NCBI RefSeq assembly: GCF_018977255.1
Contig: NW_024705340.1
Span: forward strand, 1 to 53,133
Origin: Callorhinchus milii
Taxonomy: Eukaryota
Direction: 5' to 3'
Length of the DNA: 53,133 nt
Each line of letters begins with the position of its first letter. Within the stretch, counting starts at the first letter, position 1. The notes under the pieces were generated by a model that was given only the letters and a program-made list of their open reading frames with translations, ran no database searches and was not told the DNA's origin. Positions 29,241 to 39,798 of the stretch are shown one piece after another. Position numbers and translations under genes: made by a program.

Positions 29241-29976
29241 ACACGATGCTAGCAAAGTCGGGCGTTTGGAAAGGATGTTTGTTGTTCGCCTCTTTGCACA
29301 ACTGTGGCACAATTCGAAGCTCGTGTCTGCTTCTGTGAAAAAGAGCTTTATAGCTCATCGGATTACAGCAGTATAAATACATTCTGATTATGACACGGTG
29401 CGGTTGGCAATCTAAAATAACCATTTGAGGTCAAACCCTCCCTCGTGGCATTACATCGCGTGTCATACCGACGAAAATGCCAAATACTTCAGCCGTATGA
29501 GGTGTGAGATCATCGTCAGTGCATTGGCCGTGGCGGTGCTATTCCAATCACGTTGATAGGTGAGGTGTTGAATTCTTTTCATCATCCGATAGGACTGGAA
29601 AAGTCTGGAGAAAAAGAAAAGACAGGCGTCATCTCGGGAACATTTTTTGTTGCCAGTGTAGAAGAAATTAAATTATCCATCGCATACGTTCACAATATTT
29701 CCAAAGGTAATGTTCCCAAAATCCAGACACAGACTTCTAAATGCAGGTGTCAATTTTTTAAAGAAAATGAAAACAGTCCATATCTATGAATGGAAGCAGC
29801 TTTGGATCGAATACCGAGGAGCAAGGTCCAAATGTTACAATTTTCCACAAACACCCAAGTGGATGATACATAATAAAGAAATATTCATTTATTAAAACCA
29901 GCACAAGTATTCTCTTCCCTGTGCAAAGTAATCATTGTCCCATACTGCAGTAACCTAGCAGGACCTTCCAGCGAGA

Positions 29977-30037
29977 CACCTCCGATTAGCACAGTTGGTT
30001 ATGTACGGTGCGAAAGAAGTTCAACATACACACATAC
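29977..30037 (+). mobile_element. LINE 3'-end copy
   Basis: CACCTCCGATTAGCACAGTTGG..GGTGCGAAAGAAGTTCAACATAC. Confidence 0.65.
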
Positions 30038-30500
30038 GAGGCTTTCCTGGGTAAACCAGCGTTATAAGTAAACAATAAAATAGAATACGTCATATTCGCA
30101 AAAATACCTCCTAGTACTGCAAAGGGCTCACTGCCACCCCCTCATGCCCCCCCCCCCCAAACACACAGGCAGCACCCACGCCTGGGGCAGGGGGGGGCTT
30201 GGAGAGCCTTTGGGAGGCGCGGGAGGAGGGGGGTTGTTGGTTGCACAGCGGGGCCGTGGAGCGGTCACCTCTTGGTAGTTTGCAGTAAAATTTGCGGTAC
30301 TTTGCGGTAATTTTGGGACCCAATTCCCTTAATTTCAGTGAGTCACCTTGATATGCGGCCTCTCCCTGGGTATTCCCCAATATGGGGGCAACTCGTACAA
30401 ACAATCGATGTCTGTAATAATATCTGAAATACGTCCAGCGACAACTTTGCAGGACATTATTGTTTGAGCAAATTAAATGAAAAATATAAAAAAGTATAAA

Positions 30501-30557
30501 CCGATTAGCACGGTTGGCCGCGTAAGGTGCGAAAGAAGTTCAACATACAGTACATAC
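30501..30557 (+). mobile_element. LINE 3'-end copy
   Basis: CCGATTAGCACGGTTGG..GGTGCGAAAGAAGTTCAACATAC. Confidence 0.65.
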
Positions 30558-30670
30558 GGAAGCCAATGAAACTGCATTGACGAAACACCTCTGTTAACTC
30601 GGACTCAAGACCACTCATGTTCAGACAGCAGGGAAACAAGTATAACCCGTAAAAACAAAGTTTTTCACTA

Positions 30671-30962
30671 TAAATCCTTTATATGCGTGGCGGCTAGAGT
30701 CCTCTCGTCCTCTGGCTTGAGATGGCTGCCACCTATGGGTCAGATGATTGCATTGCACCATTAAGCAATTGGTAATTAAATATAATATTTTGTCCTAAAA
30801 AGTGTAAAATTTTGGGAAAAAATTTCACGAACATTAATTGTCACGCACAACGAGTCTGTGTGGAAAATGTCAGCTCGATTGGATCACGAGAAGTGGGTTA
30901 AAAAACGACCGAAAGATTTGCACGGTCGTAAGCAAGCAAGCGAACTTAATATAAAGGATTTA
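30671..30962. mobile_element. ~290-bp non-autonomous element with 14-bp inverted ends (MITE or Helentron/HINE-like)
   Basis: TAAATCCTTTATAT (30671) and ATATAAAGGATTTA (30949) are perfect inverted repeats. Internal hairpin ACGACCG..CGGTCGT (30905-30929) and (AAGC)3 near the right end; flanked by T and A runs. Confidence 0.55.
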
Positions 30963-31012
30963 AAAAAAAACCTGTGCGGAGTCTAATCCTGAAACATGGA
31001 GAAACGCCTCAA

Positions 31013-31074
31013 TGTATGTATGTTGAACTTCTTTCACACCATACGTAGCCAGCCGTGCTATTCAGAGGTGCGGA
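31013..31074 (-). mobile_element. LINE 3'-end copy
   Basis: TGTATGTATGTTGAACTTCTTTCACACCATACGTAGCCAGCCGTGCTA..GAGGTGCGG, the reverse complement of the family motif. Confidence 0.65.
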
Positions 31075-31505
31075 TGTCTCGGCAGAGATCCATGCAGCAG
31101 ACGATCACCAGGCACATCACCTACACACTCTTGACACAGGTCTGCAAATAAAAACATGTCACGAATGACCAATCATTGCAATATTTTTTACGTAAAAACT
31201 CTACATTTTATGCTGTCATTGTGCAATTCCACCCTTGCTGGATGCATCCTCAAACACACATGCTCTAGAGGAAGAGCACAATAGCCTGCTGTAGAATACG
31301 TCCCCTAATTGTGAGTTGTGTAATGTCACCGGCTCTGCTAATTGTCGAACCTTCATAATGCAGAAGACCTGGAATGCTGGATTGATGCTTTCGCTTCGTA
31401 AAATATTTCATTCCAATTAACGAGGCACTGAACAATCACAGGGCATACAATCTACAGGAGATTAACATTCCGTGGATTATGTTCACCTTCCACGCATGTC
31501 TGACC

Positions 31506-31561
31506 GACGTCACGCTTGCCCCAGGTATTTTTGTCCCCGGCTCATGATTTTGACTTTAAAA
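31506..31561 (+). promoter_or_regulatory. Putative GnIH proximal promoter: CRE-like GACGTCA (31506) and TATA-like TTTAAAA (31555)
   Basis: Short motifs 115-170 bp upstream of the ATG; plausible by position only. Confidence 0.3.
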
Positions 31562-31675
31562 GGAACGTCCGCAGCGTTACGTTTCCGAATCGCATTTACA
31601 GCCGTGTTCGAGTCTTGACCTCGAGTCCTCGACATCCCACTCCGCTCGGGAATCAAGACTCTGCGAGCCAGGAAG

Positions 31676-31825
31676 ATGTTGGCTGGTTTCCTGCTGCTGC
31701 ATTGCCTGCATTTCGCATTCGTTGCGCCCTATCCCGAGAGCGCTCGCGGAAGCCCTCTCGGAAGCCAAGCCCTGCAGTATCTGACCGAGGACGATGCTCT
31801 TCTCATACGCAAGCTGCAGTCTCGC
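31676..31825 (+). CDS. npvf: GnIH/LPXRFa precursor coding exon 1 (signal peptide, 50 codons)
   Basis: ATG in context GGAAGATGT, hydrophobic leader, phase-0 donor CGC|GTGAGT at 31826. Confidence 0.85.
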
Positions 31826-34800
31826 GTGAGTATATTCCGCGCGCTTACCCACACGCATCCGCCGATGCAGTCGATTCAGGTTGACTTAGTTAACCCAAGC
31901 GAGAACTCAAGAGACCAGGATAGAGTCTTGTTTGCAAGAGTAATGTGGGCTCACCAAAATGGTAAAAGGAATAAAATGAAAGAAAGGTTCAAGAATTTTA
32001 GCGAGTAAAAATCATCGTATTAACAGCCGCATTACGGGAGGAATTGAAAACGGTGAACACAAATAATATAATCCAATGTTAATCTCAATAAATTTCCTGT
32101 CTCAAAAGTTGACTCGAACAAATGTTCATTGAGTCCACAAAGCGTTGAAGTGCACCACGGATATGGGGGGCTGCCTTGGTGTTGTGCGGTATAGTTCACA
32201 TTTAATATCTGAGACAACGTCGATATGTAGCCCACATGTTATCAATACGTACAAATCCAATATACATTTATTAATATATGAATCGACAAGTATATGTACA
32301 ACCAAATGGTTATGGGGAGATATACGAGTTTATCAGACCAGTGGACAGCTGAGAAGAAGAGCTCTGTTTATTTTAGAATCAGAAGAGAGATCGACAACTG
32401 TGAATCGTAACATCCCATGACCACTTAAGTGGATTCGATGAACTTAATCTCAAACTCGTCAGAACCATGTCTGCAAAACGAACCTTTGCCACAGTATTCC
32501 ACAAAGATCACCCAGTTCTAACGTTGTCTGTTTCCTTTGCTCCCCACAATAGTTTACCTTTTGTTCGTACCCCTGAATATAGTTAGGAATCACACACACA
32601 CATTTTAAAAGCTTTGAAAAGCAGGATAAATAAAAATGTAGGTTAAAAAAACAAAGCTTTGGTTGCTTTGTTATGTGTAAGCGATCAATGCTGCAAAAGC
32701 GAAATCTTAATCGTAACGGTGCATCCCTTGGTGCATCACACAGATTTGTGTGATGCTCGAACCTTCTGGGTGGGCGACGTGGCCAAAAGAGGCAGTGCAG
32801 CAAGTGGGTTCGTGATCTTTGTGAACATTCCCCTCGTACGTGTGGCATTTCTCCAGGTTCTGTTATTTTTACTTCAACGCAAAATACACCTTTAAAAAGG
32901 TCAACGGCAAAGCTTTCAAATGCAGGACCCCGATTTAAAAAAATGTCTTTAGATTAATTAAGACTTTCCCGGATGAGCACAATCGGTAACGTTGCACCTT
33001 GGCGACAGGCAAACGTGAAAGCACCAGATGGTGGACAGGACACGCGCGCGTGCGTGCGTGTGTGTTGGATTAACGAATGGCGCTTCAACAACCTGCTGGT
33101 GTTGCAGATGAATACGGCGTTGGAAGGAGCCATGGTCGAGGAGGTGGAGGACTGCGGCGTTGCCGCCACAGACGAGGTCCAAGGCAGCCGTGAGAACCGT
33201 GCCGCCCTGCGCTCCGGAGCTGGGCAGGGTCGCTCATCCAAAACCCTTTTCCAGCCTCAGCGGTACGCGACTGCACACGGAAACTTTCTCGAACCCCTCC
33301 TAACCCTCGCGCACACGGGTTTTTCCCCAATTTACGTTGATCGCTAAATTTTCTTTGAGAAATGCTTTTGTCATGTGTTTAGTTTGTTGTCGGTCTTGCA
33401 GCGTCCCAGAAAATATCGAGTGAGGGATTAAGCCATTATCAGCCACCATCACTACTGCTACTACCATCATCATCGTCGTCAAATTACCTGGCCCATCTCC
33501 TCGCAGACCTCGCTCACCTGTGCACACAGTCGCCCCACCTTTAAAACTGCTTTTTGTGTCTAAGTGTTTGTTGTCCTTCCCCGCACCTCCGATTAGCACG
33601 GTTAGCTACATATGGTGCAAAATAATTTCAACGTACATACGTAGAGCAATGTTCATCATCGGCCACTGTCTATCGCCCGCTGGACGGGGGTCTCGCCACA
33701 CCGTCACCCACAGCCCATTCTCACATTCACACCTGAATTCAACTTAAAGGGACATGCTCTCAGGTTGCGTTCTCTGCTTTGGCTGCTATTTTGTCACCAG
33801 TCTTGTCCACCGGACACCACGTGTGTGCCTGCCAAAAGGCCGCTTACTTTACCTAACGGTCAATACGTTGTCTCTGATTTGCATTTGATCTGTGTGTTCC
33901 TCTTTCTATTCATCTGATGGAATTCACATTACTGTCAAGCTATCACAATATATGCGCTTACAGTAATAGTTACACGGCGACTGTGTCTTCTATTCACATA
34001 TTCGAGAAATGTTGGGGTCTCCGTTAGATGGTTTGTTTACTTAGGTAGTTAGTGTATAACTTTTATATAAGTTAAGATTCCTACTTGTTCAATGTATGCA
34101 CCGTCCCGCCATAGTGAATTCCTTGTTTGTGCAAACTTACATGGCGATTAAAACCGTTTCTGATTCTTCTGATTCTAAAAGTTCAACTAAAATGGCAGGA
34201 ATAAAAGCGCCTCTGTATGATGCGGAAGTAATATTTTTAAAATGTTGTCCCACTGATCAAACCATAAAACATTTGATTAACAAAAAAATGGGAAGAAATC
34301 TCGAGCAATGTGAGCAAATATTGGTGACTCGAATGGAGAGATGGATCATTTGTATAGTGACAGAGTGTGTAGAGTTTGAATGGAGATAACCAATGAAATC
34401 GTATGACAATGGTGTAAATATATATTAATGATCCTAAAAGGCCCGTAACTTATAATTATAAAGAACAATGCTAATGCTTATACGCTCCGAAATAATTGTG
34501 GGTTTCTGCCAAAGTTAAGCTTTCCTCACATTGGTATCCATGCTCAAGAAGCAATAACTGAATGTGGCTCCTCTGAAAATGAGTGAAGAACCACTGCTTG
34601 AGCGTCGAGACGCAATTGCCTTGCTCTCTCCCTCTCTGTTCCTCCTCCTTGCGCTCAATGCACGCTTGCGCGCTCTCTCTCTCTTCTCGCCCCCCTTCAC
34701 TGGAACAAATTGCCCTTCCACATTAAGCAGTCACCTTCGCTCCATCGTTTCTGCTCCACATTCAGAACTCACTTATAGTTCCAGAGCTCACCCCACGGAG

Positions 34801-35384
34801 CCGTTAATCACCCCCTCTTAACTGCCACCGTTATTTTTACCTCTTCATATTCTCATGATATGGCTTTCATTCATTCTTCATTCCATTCATCATCGTTTAC
34901 TGCCATCAATTTCGCTTTCACCGAATTCACGCATCACATATGTGCCCCCCATTGCTCCCTCTCATCTATTACATTCACCTCATCTCTATCATTACATCCA
35001 TATGTACCATTGTTAAGTCTGTGTCAAGCGCCTTAGTTAAGGCGCTATATAAATTCCTTAAAGACAAGATTGAGAATGTGACTATCGTGCAGGCCATTTG
35101 ACGCTCTTTTATTTGTTGCGTAAACCACTGCGCCACCGCTCCCCCACCCCTGGCACCTTGGTTTGGTTTGACACAGCACGGGTGCTTTGCTTGTTGCACT
35201 GGGACGATGCAGGTTTGGTCGCGGCGTGCCTCCTCCGGCTGCCGACTGCCCCGAGAGTGCAGCGTCTTGGGCCGGGCTCCAGGACGGCAACGCGGACCGC
35301 GCCAGCCGCTCCGAGCCCTTCTGGCACCGCACGCGGCCACAGCGCTTCGGCAAGAGGGGTGGGGACCCCGCCAGCCCAATGTGA
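31676..35384 (+). CDS. npvf: Lamprey-type GnIH / LPXRFamide (RFamide-related peptide) precursor, spliced: join(31676..31825, [32744..32803 candidate], 33108..33262, 35213..35384)
   Basis: Signal-peptide-like N-terminus MLAGFLLLHCLHFAFVAP. GT-AG introns have compatible phases (0, 0, 2). The spliced product contains AALRSGAGQGRSSKTLFQPQRF-GR and SEPFWHRTRPQRF-GKR with amidation/cleavage sites. These match the sea lamprey LPXRFa peptides as I recall them (SGVGQGRSSKTLFQPQRFa, SEPFWHRTRPQRFa). Neighbour of cytochrome c, as for vertebrate NPVF. 158 aa, or 178 aa with the candidate exon. Confidence 0.92.
32744..32803 (+). CDS. npvf: Candidate 60-nt in-frame exon of the GnIH precursor (ICVMLEPSGWATWPKEAVQQ)
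   Basis: Acceptor CACACAG| and donor CAA|GTGGGT, exactly 20 codons, phase 0/0, no stop codon. Weak polypyrimidine tract. Confidence 0.45.
33108..33262 (+). CDS. npvf: GnIH/LPXRFa precursor exon encoding peptide 1 up to the Arg of QPQR
   Basis: Acceptor GTTGCAG|ATG, reads MNTALEG...AALRSGAGQGRSSKTLFQPQ(R), phase-2 donor CG|GTACGC. Confidence 0.9.
33540..33640 (+). mobile_element. Short 3'-end copy of the same LINE family
   Basis: TTAAAACTGCTTTT..TCCTTCCCCGCACCTCCGATTAGCACGGTTAGCTAC..TTCAACGTACATAC, inside a GnIH intron. Confidence 0.7.
35213..35384 (+). CDS. npvf: GnIH/LPXRFa precursor last coding exon (FGR...SEPFWHRTRPQRFGKRGGDPASPM*)
   Basis: Acceptor TGCAG|G TTT GGT CGC completes R-F-G-R. 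Second RFamide followed by GKR. TGA at 35382-35384. Confidence 0.92.
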
Positions 35385-35796
35385 TCTCCCACCAGAGCCC
35401 CATTCACGTGACGCTATTTGGCTTGCCACCTGCCCGTTGTTATGGACCCGTACGGTCCGGAATTGGCGTCTGTGTTCGGTTGGTTGGTCGGATGATTTAT
35501 TTGTCAATGAGATCTGGAGGTTATTGTGTTTAAATGTATTGCAGTATATGCTGTACTGTAAGGTTCTGATAGACCTAGGCTGAGTGAGAATTAATCCGGG
35601 TTTTGTCTCTGGAAAAAAGGTGGCAATCCTACATCGCGCACCTGCAATGGAAACAACATATACTCGTGTGGTTCGTTGTGTAGACATATGTACTTGTATA
35701 TATGCAGTGATATGACCCAATTATATGACCCAATTATATGTCTATGGTGCATATACATATAGCATATAAATGTTAGTGCTAAGATGTAATGTGTAT

Positions 35797-35802
35797 AATA
35801 AA
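35797..35802 (+). terminator. Candidate polyadenylation signal for the GnIH gene
   Basis: First AATAAA I can see after the stop codon (~410 nt downstream). Confidence 0.4.
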
Positions 35803-36040
35803 TACTCCATTGAATTACATTATCAATTCCAATGTCTTTTCATTGAGATATATTGTTCAGTTCTCACTGCTGGTGCACAGTATTCCAGTATTCAATCTAC
35901 TGTATGCTGGTCAAGATCGAGTTGTCATCAATCATATCACTCCATCTCTGCACCAGTCATCTTCTTGAGTGTGGTCACTGATATTACTGCTATTCTGTCA
36001 ACACTCGTGCCTATCGGCCATCATGTGTCTTGACTAATCC

Positions 36041-36255
36041 ATAATAAAGCTTTATGGATAGATCGCATACATATAAACGTGCCGTTAAACCTGCCACCAC
36101 CCGACACAGACAATTCGCAAGGTTTGTCACGTAAACAAAACGTGCCAATTAGTCACTAGTTCAGAACACCGCTTGTGTGTTGGAGAGTAAACCCACAACA
36201 TTTACAATTTGAGTAAGACGTTTTGCTGGCGATTACAACAATCCGCTTCACCAGG
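36041..36255 (-). mobile_element. Penelope pseudo-LTR fragment (family B), with degenerate hammerhead
   Basis: Homologous to 37112-37320 and 38387-38506. Core mutated (CUGGUGA ... CAAAACGUC). Confidence 0.6.
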
Positions 36256-37111
36256 GAAACGTCCTCATGCCGTCAATATGCAATTAACACGCGCAAATTA
36301 ATGCAAAGTAGTGCGCACTTAGCATGGTGCGATATGGTGCAACTCTCAACTTTTATTCAAGTCACCAATTTTGGCTCTAATTGTACTAATAGACAGTACA
36401 TGTAGCATAGTTAGGTGAGAATAATCACTGTTCCTGGGTGAATAAAAGCACTACATTTTGCTTGAGTCTTTCGGGTCCTTGCATAAAAAATGTAGGTTAG
36501 AAGCCCCACTGAATTGTGCCTGATCTGACACTGATATCCAAGATGGCTGACAATGGAGGGAAAAAAATAGGTACATCACTCAATTGCTCTTTAAATAGTA
36601 ACCGAGACAGTCAGACCAAATGATGCATGCAGCAAAATTATAATTTTCGTCTCAGAGCAACCTCAAGCAAGATTGTGGTTTAATTCATCCTGAAGCATTC
36701 CGGTAAGATGTGAACCAGAGCCACAAAACATAGTACACTTGAAAAGAAGCTCGGCATACGTGGGCTAGGTCTCGAGAGGGTGTTTATGAGATGCGCACCC
36801 CATGTAGGGAGATAAACCAAGAGCTCCGGAGTAACTATGGTTGCGCCCCTTATTTGCCGTGGCCCCTTGTCACAAGCTCTTTCAGGGCCTGTCCGTTGCA
36901 CAATCAGGCCACTGAGATCCAATGGATACTCCACGATTCTAATAAGACTAGTAACCGTTATTGTTGCTACTTGAACTGCTCTGTATTGGTTTAAATAATA
37001 TCTGTCTGACAGAAAATAGGCAAATTGGAAACTGCTCATCTACAACAAATACGGTTTCATTTGGCATCAGTTCTGGGGTATAGTCTGTTCCGCATTAATA
37101 CAGTATACTCC

Positions 37112-37320
37112 ATAATAAAGTTTTTTTTGGGTTAGATCACGTAAATGTGTCGTTAAAACCCGCCACCACCTGACACAGCCAACTAGTAAGGGTTGTCACA
37201 TAAACATAACATGCCAATTCGTCACTAGTACACCACACCGGTGCGTTAGAGAGCCAAACCACATTTACAATCTGAGTATGATGTTTCGCCAGTAATTACA
37301 ACTAGCTTCATCAGGCGACA
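37112..37320 (-). mobile_element. Penelope pseudo-LTR fragment (family B) with a hammerhead-like core at 37280-37317
   Basis: Minus strand CUGAUGA-A-GCUAGU-UGUAAUU-ACUGGC-GAAA-CAUC. Repeat homology with the 36041 and 38387 copies. Confidence 0.65.
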
Positions 37321-37429
37321 GCCAGATTTGTGGAGAAGTCTAACTGTTTCGTTCCTTATTTTGAGGCGTAGATGTGGTGACCACGCTTCTGCGCTCTTGC
37401 CAAGTCATCAATCCCCACGGAAGAGCAAT

Positions 37430-37668
37430 ACCTGATCAAACCAAGGGCATCAAAACCACCAAGACTTTAGGGCTACCAAAAATTCACAAACCTGATGTCG
37501 ATTAAGACCCATAGTACAATAGGCTGTGCCATGTACAAATTAGCACAATACGTAACGAAACAAATACAGCCCTACATCGGTAGGACCTCTTCGTTCATCA
37601 AAAACTCTGAACATCTCGTAAATATAATTAAAGATATTAAGCTTAACCCTAATGATATTCTCATAAGT
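37430..37668 (+). pseudogene. Degraded Penelope RT fragment (N-terminal part of RT)
   Basis: Across frameshifts it reads KPPRL-GLPKIHKPDV-LRPIV-TIGCAMYKLAQYVTKQIQPYIGRTSSFIKNSEHLVNIIKDIKLNPNDILIS, which aligns with KTASAVLNSAHLVSLIKDISLSPDNLLVS of the 52 kb element. Confidence 0.85.
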
Positions 37669-38386
37669 GAGGATATGTCCTCCCGTGTCTTACTAAGGCG
37701 CAATTCTTATCCCAAATATTTCTAACCAGTGATCAATCGATTTACTTTGAGAATCGGACATCACCCCCTATCCAATACAACGCGAACAGAAAACGTGTTC
37801 TGTATAACGTGCCAAGTGTTTCACAACGGGCCTTATTAAACACACGAGCCACGCAACAACGTGAACACAGAACACTCCTTATATAATAACTGAGCCGCGG
37901 GGTGTTTTTCTTCTTCGTCTTCTTCTCAAAGGGACACAGTCGTAATGCGTCACCTCGTCGGAAATGCATACAGTAGTACAGTATAGGTAATGTTTTACAG
38001 TGATTGCATATCCACTTAAAAATATCAGCCATGGTCAATCCACTACTGGATGGTCTCTCAATCTTGCATTTTGATAATCCACCTTGTAATGCTATGTAAT
38101 AGTGATCCACGTGATAATGAGTTTAAACATGAGTGTTTATAATGGATAAAGATACGCTCTGCCACCGACTTCATACATCCCAATTGGTCCAGGGTTTTCT
38201 AGAAAACATCCGCTCCACAAAACCCTTTGGAGAATGAAGCTAAATATTACGATATTTAACAAACTAAAACTCAACACATTCTTCGATAACACTTTGCGGC
38301 CTTAAAATCAACATATCTAAAAGGCGACGTTTTGAGCGAAGACCTTTCTGCATAGCACTCTATGGAGTGACAGAGTGGATAGTAAG

Positions 38387-38571
38387 ATAATAAAGGTTTT
38401 ATGGGTTAGATCGCATACATGTGTCGTTTAGGTTTGTCATGTAAACAAAAACGTGCCAAATAGTTACAAGTTCAGTGTGTTAGAGAGTAAACCCATAACA
38501 TTTACGTATATTTACGCGATCTAACCCATAAAACCTTTGTTATGAATAATATTGGTCGCAAAAAGCCTACG
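38387..38571. mobile_element. Penelope pLTR fragment (family B) with inverted duplication
   Basis: 28-bp inverted arms at 38387-38414 and 38516-38543 (1 mismatch). Body homologous to the 36041 and 37112 copies. Confidence 0.65.
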
Positions 38572-39604
38572 TATTAAACAGGATAGAGTTGGAGACTGCA
38601 CTATACACCATGGGGCCTGGTGATATATGAATAGTTACCTAATAGTAGCTGTTGGTAACAGACAAATCATTCCATAATCAAAAAGTATTGCTCACTAACT
38701 TGATTTACTTTACTTTCATGAATGTCTACATTGTTGTATTTCTCAGATTTATCCGCCTCAGGAACTTAGGGCAGTTAAAAATACTGTCATTGAAATGGTG
38801 ATTGGGCCCAGCAATGCATTGATAAGTGGATTGTGCCTTGTGCTCACCAGAACAAAGCTTCCAAAAATGCAGTGTGCCAGTGTTATAATTTTACTTTTAA
38901 TATAAATAAATGTATTTAGATTTTTTGGTAACGTTGAAGGGTTTGTATGTTACACTATGTACTACGAGGGGACTGAGGTGACTTAATATGCCAATATCAT
39001 AGTAATCAGAAAACATTTAAACAAATGTAATTCTCAGCAAGGCCCAATGGTGTTAAGTGCAACCTGCATCTCTCACTCTCCACTGTATATTTGACCTCTA
39101 TTCATGTGCTGTGAAGATTGACTTTGTCCTAAAACGTCGATTGTTATACATTTTTCATTTTAAGGCCGTAGTACTCTTGACGAATGTGAGTTTTTTTAAC
39201 AGTAACGATGAATGGCATCACAAATTGGGACCTTTTTGCCAGTATCAAAGTATGAACAAGTAAGAATATGTTTGCCTGAACGGGTAAAACTTATTCTTAT
39301 TTTTTAGAATGACATCACTTCTACATTTCAATGAGTCGGTTCACAAACGTTACTACTAAAATGAAAAAATACATATTGGGCGACGTTTCGGCCAATGACC
39401 CTCCTTCGTAACACAGACAATATATCGGAGGTGAAAATTTCGGGCAATGGCCCTTCTTTATAGGGCATAACTTATTTTGTTGTGAGATATTTTTGTTGTT
39501 TCAAATTGACACGTGTTGAATGTTGATGTTGTTATTTGTGTAGCATTGACGACGCAAAAACATCACCTGACACCATTGGAACCACCTTTGTCAGTAGCAA
39601 AATA

Positions 39605-39798
39605 TGATCATTGGTTTTTTACCCTTTTATTTGGCAACAAAACTGAAATTGATATCAATTTCAAGGACAGAGCATACATTATGAGAGTTGTGTTTTTTTT
39701 GCATTTTGACCGCAGGTATTGTGGTCTATGCAAACATGACTCCTTGTAAAAAGGTGTCAGTTTTGTTGCCAGATAAAAGGGTAAAAAACCAATAATCA
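39605..39798. mobile_element. Fold-back/MITE-like element with 42-bp inverted arms
   Basis: 39605-39646 and 39757-39798 are reverse complements with 2 mismatches. Another copy of the right arm lies at 28569-28608. Confidence 0.7.

Noticed and set aside
30111..30290. C-run/G-run tract with short inverted ends (TACTGCAAA/TTTGCAGTA); G-quadruplex potential
   Set aside because: A 9-bp inverted match and G-runs are common; no second copy or functional context.
35017..35050. Hairpin AGCGCCTTAGTTAAGGCGCT followed by ATATAAAT, resembling an L2/SINE tail
   Set aside because: Single short instance; family cannot be supported.
35098..35720. Overlapping 120-203 aa ORFs around the last GnIH exon
   Set aside because: Shadow frames of a GC-rich exon; only the frame giving FGR...PQRFGKR fits the splice phase and known peptides.
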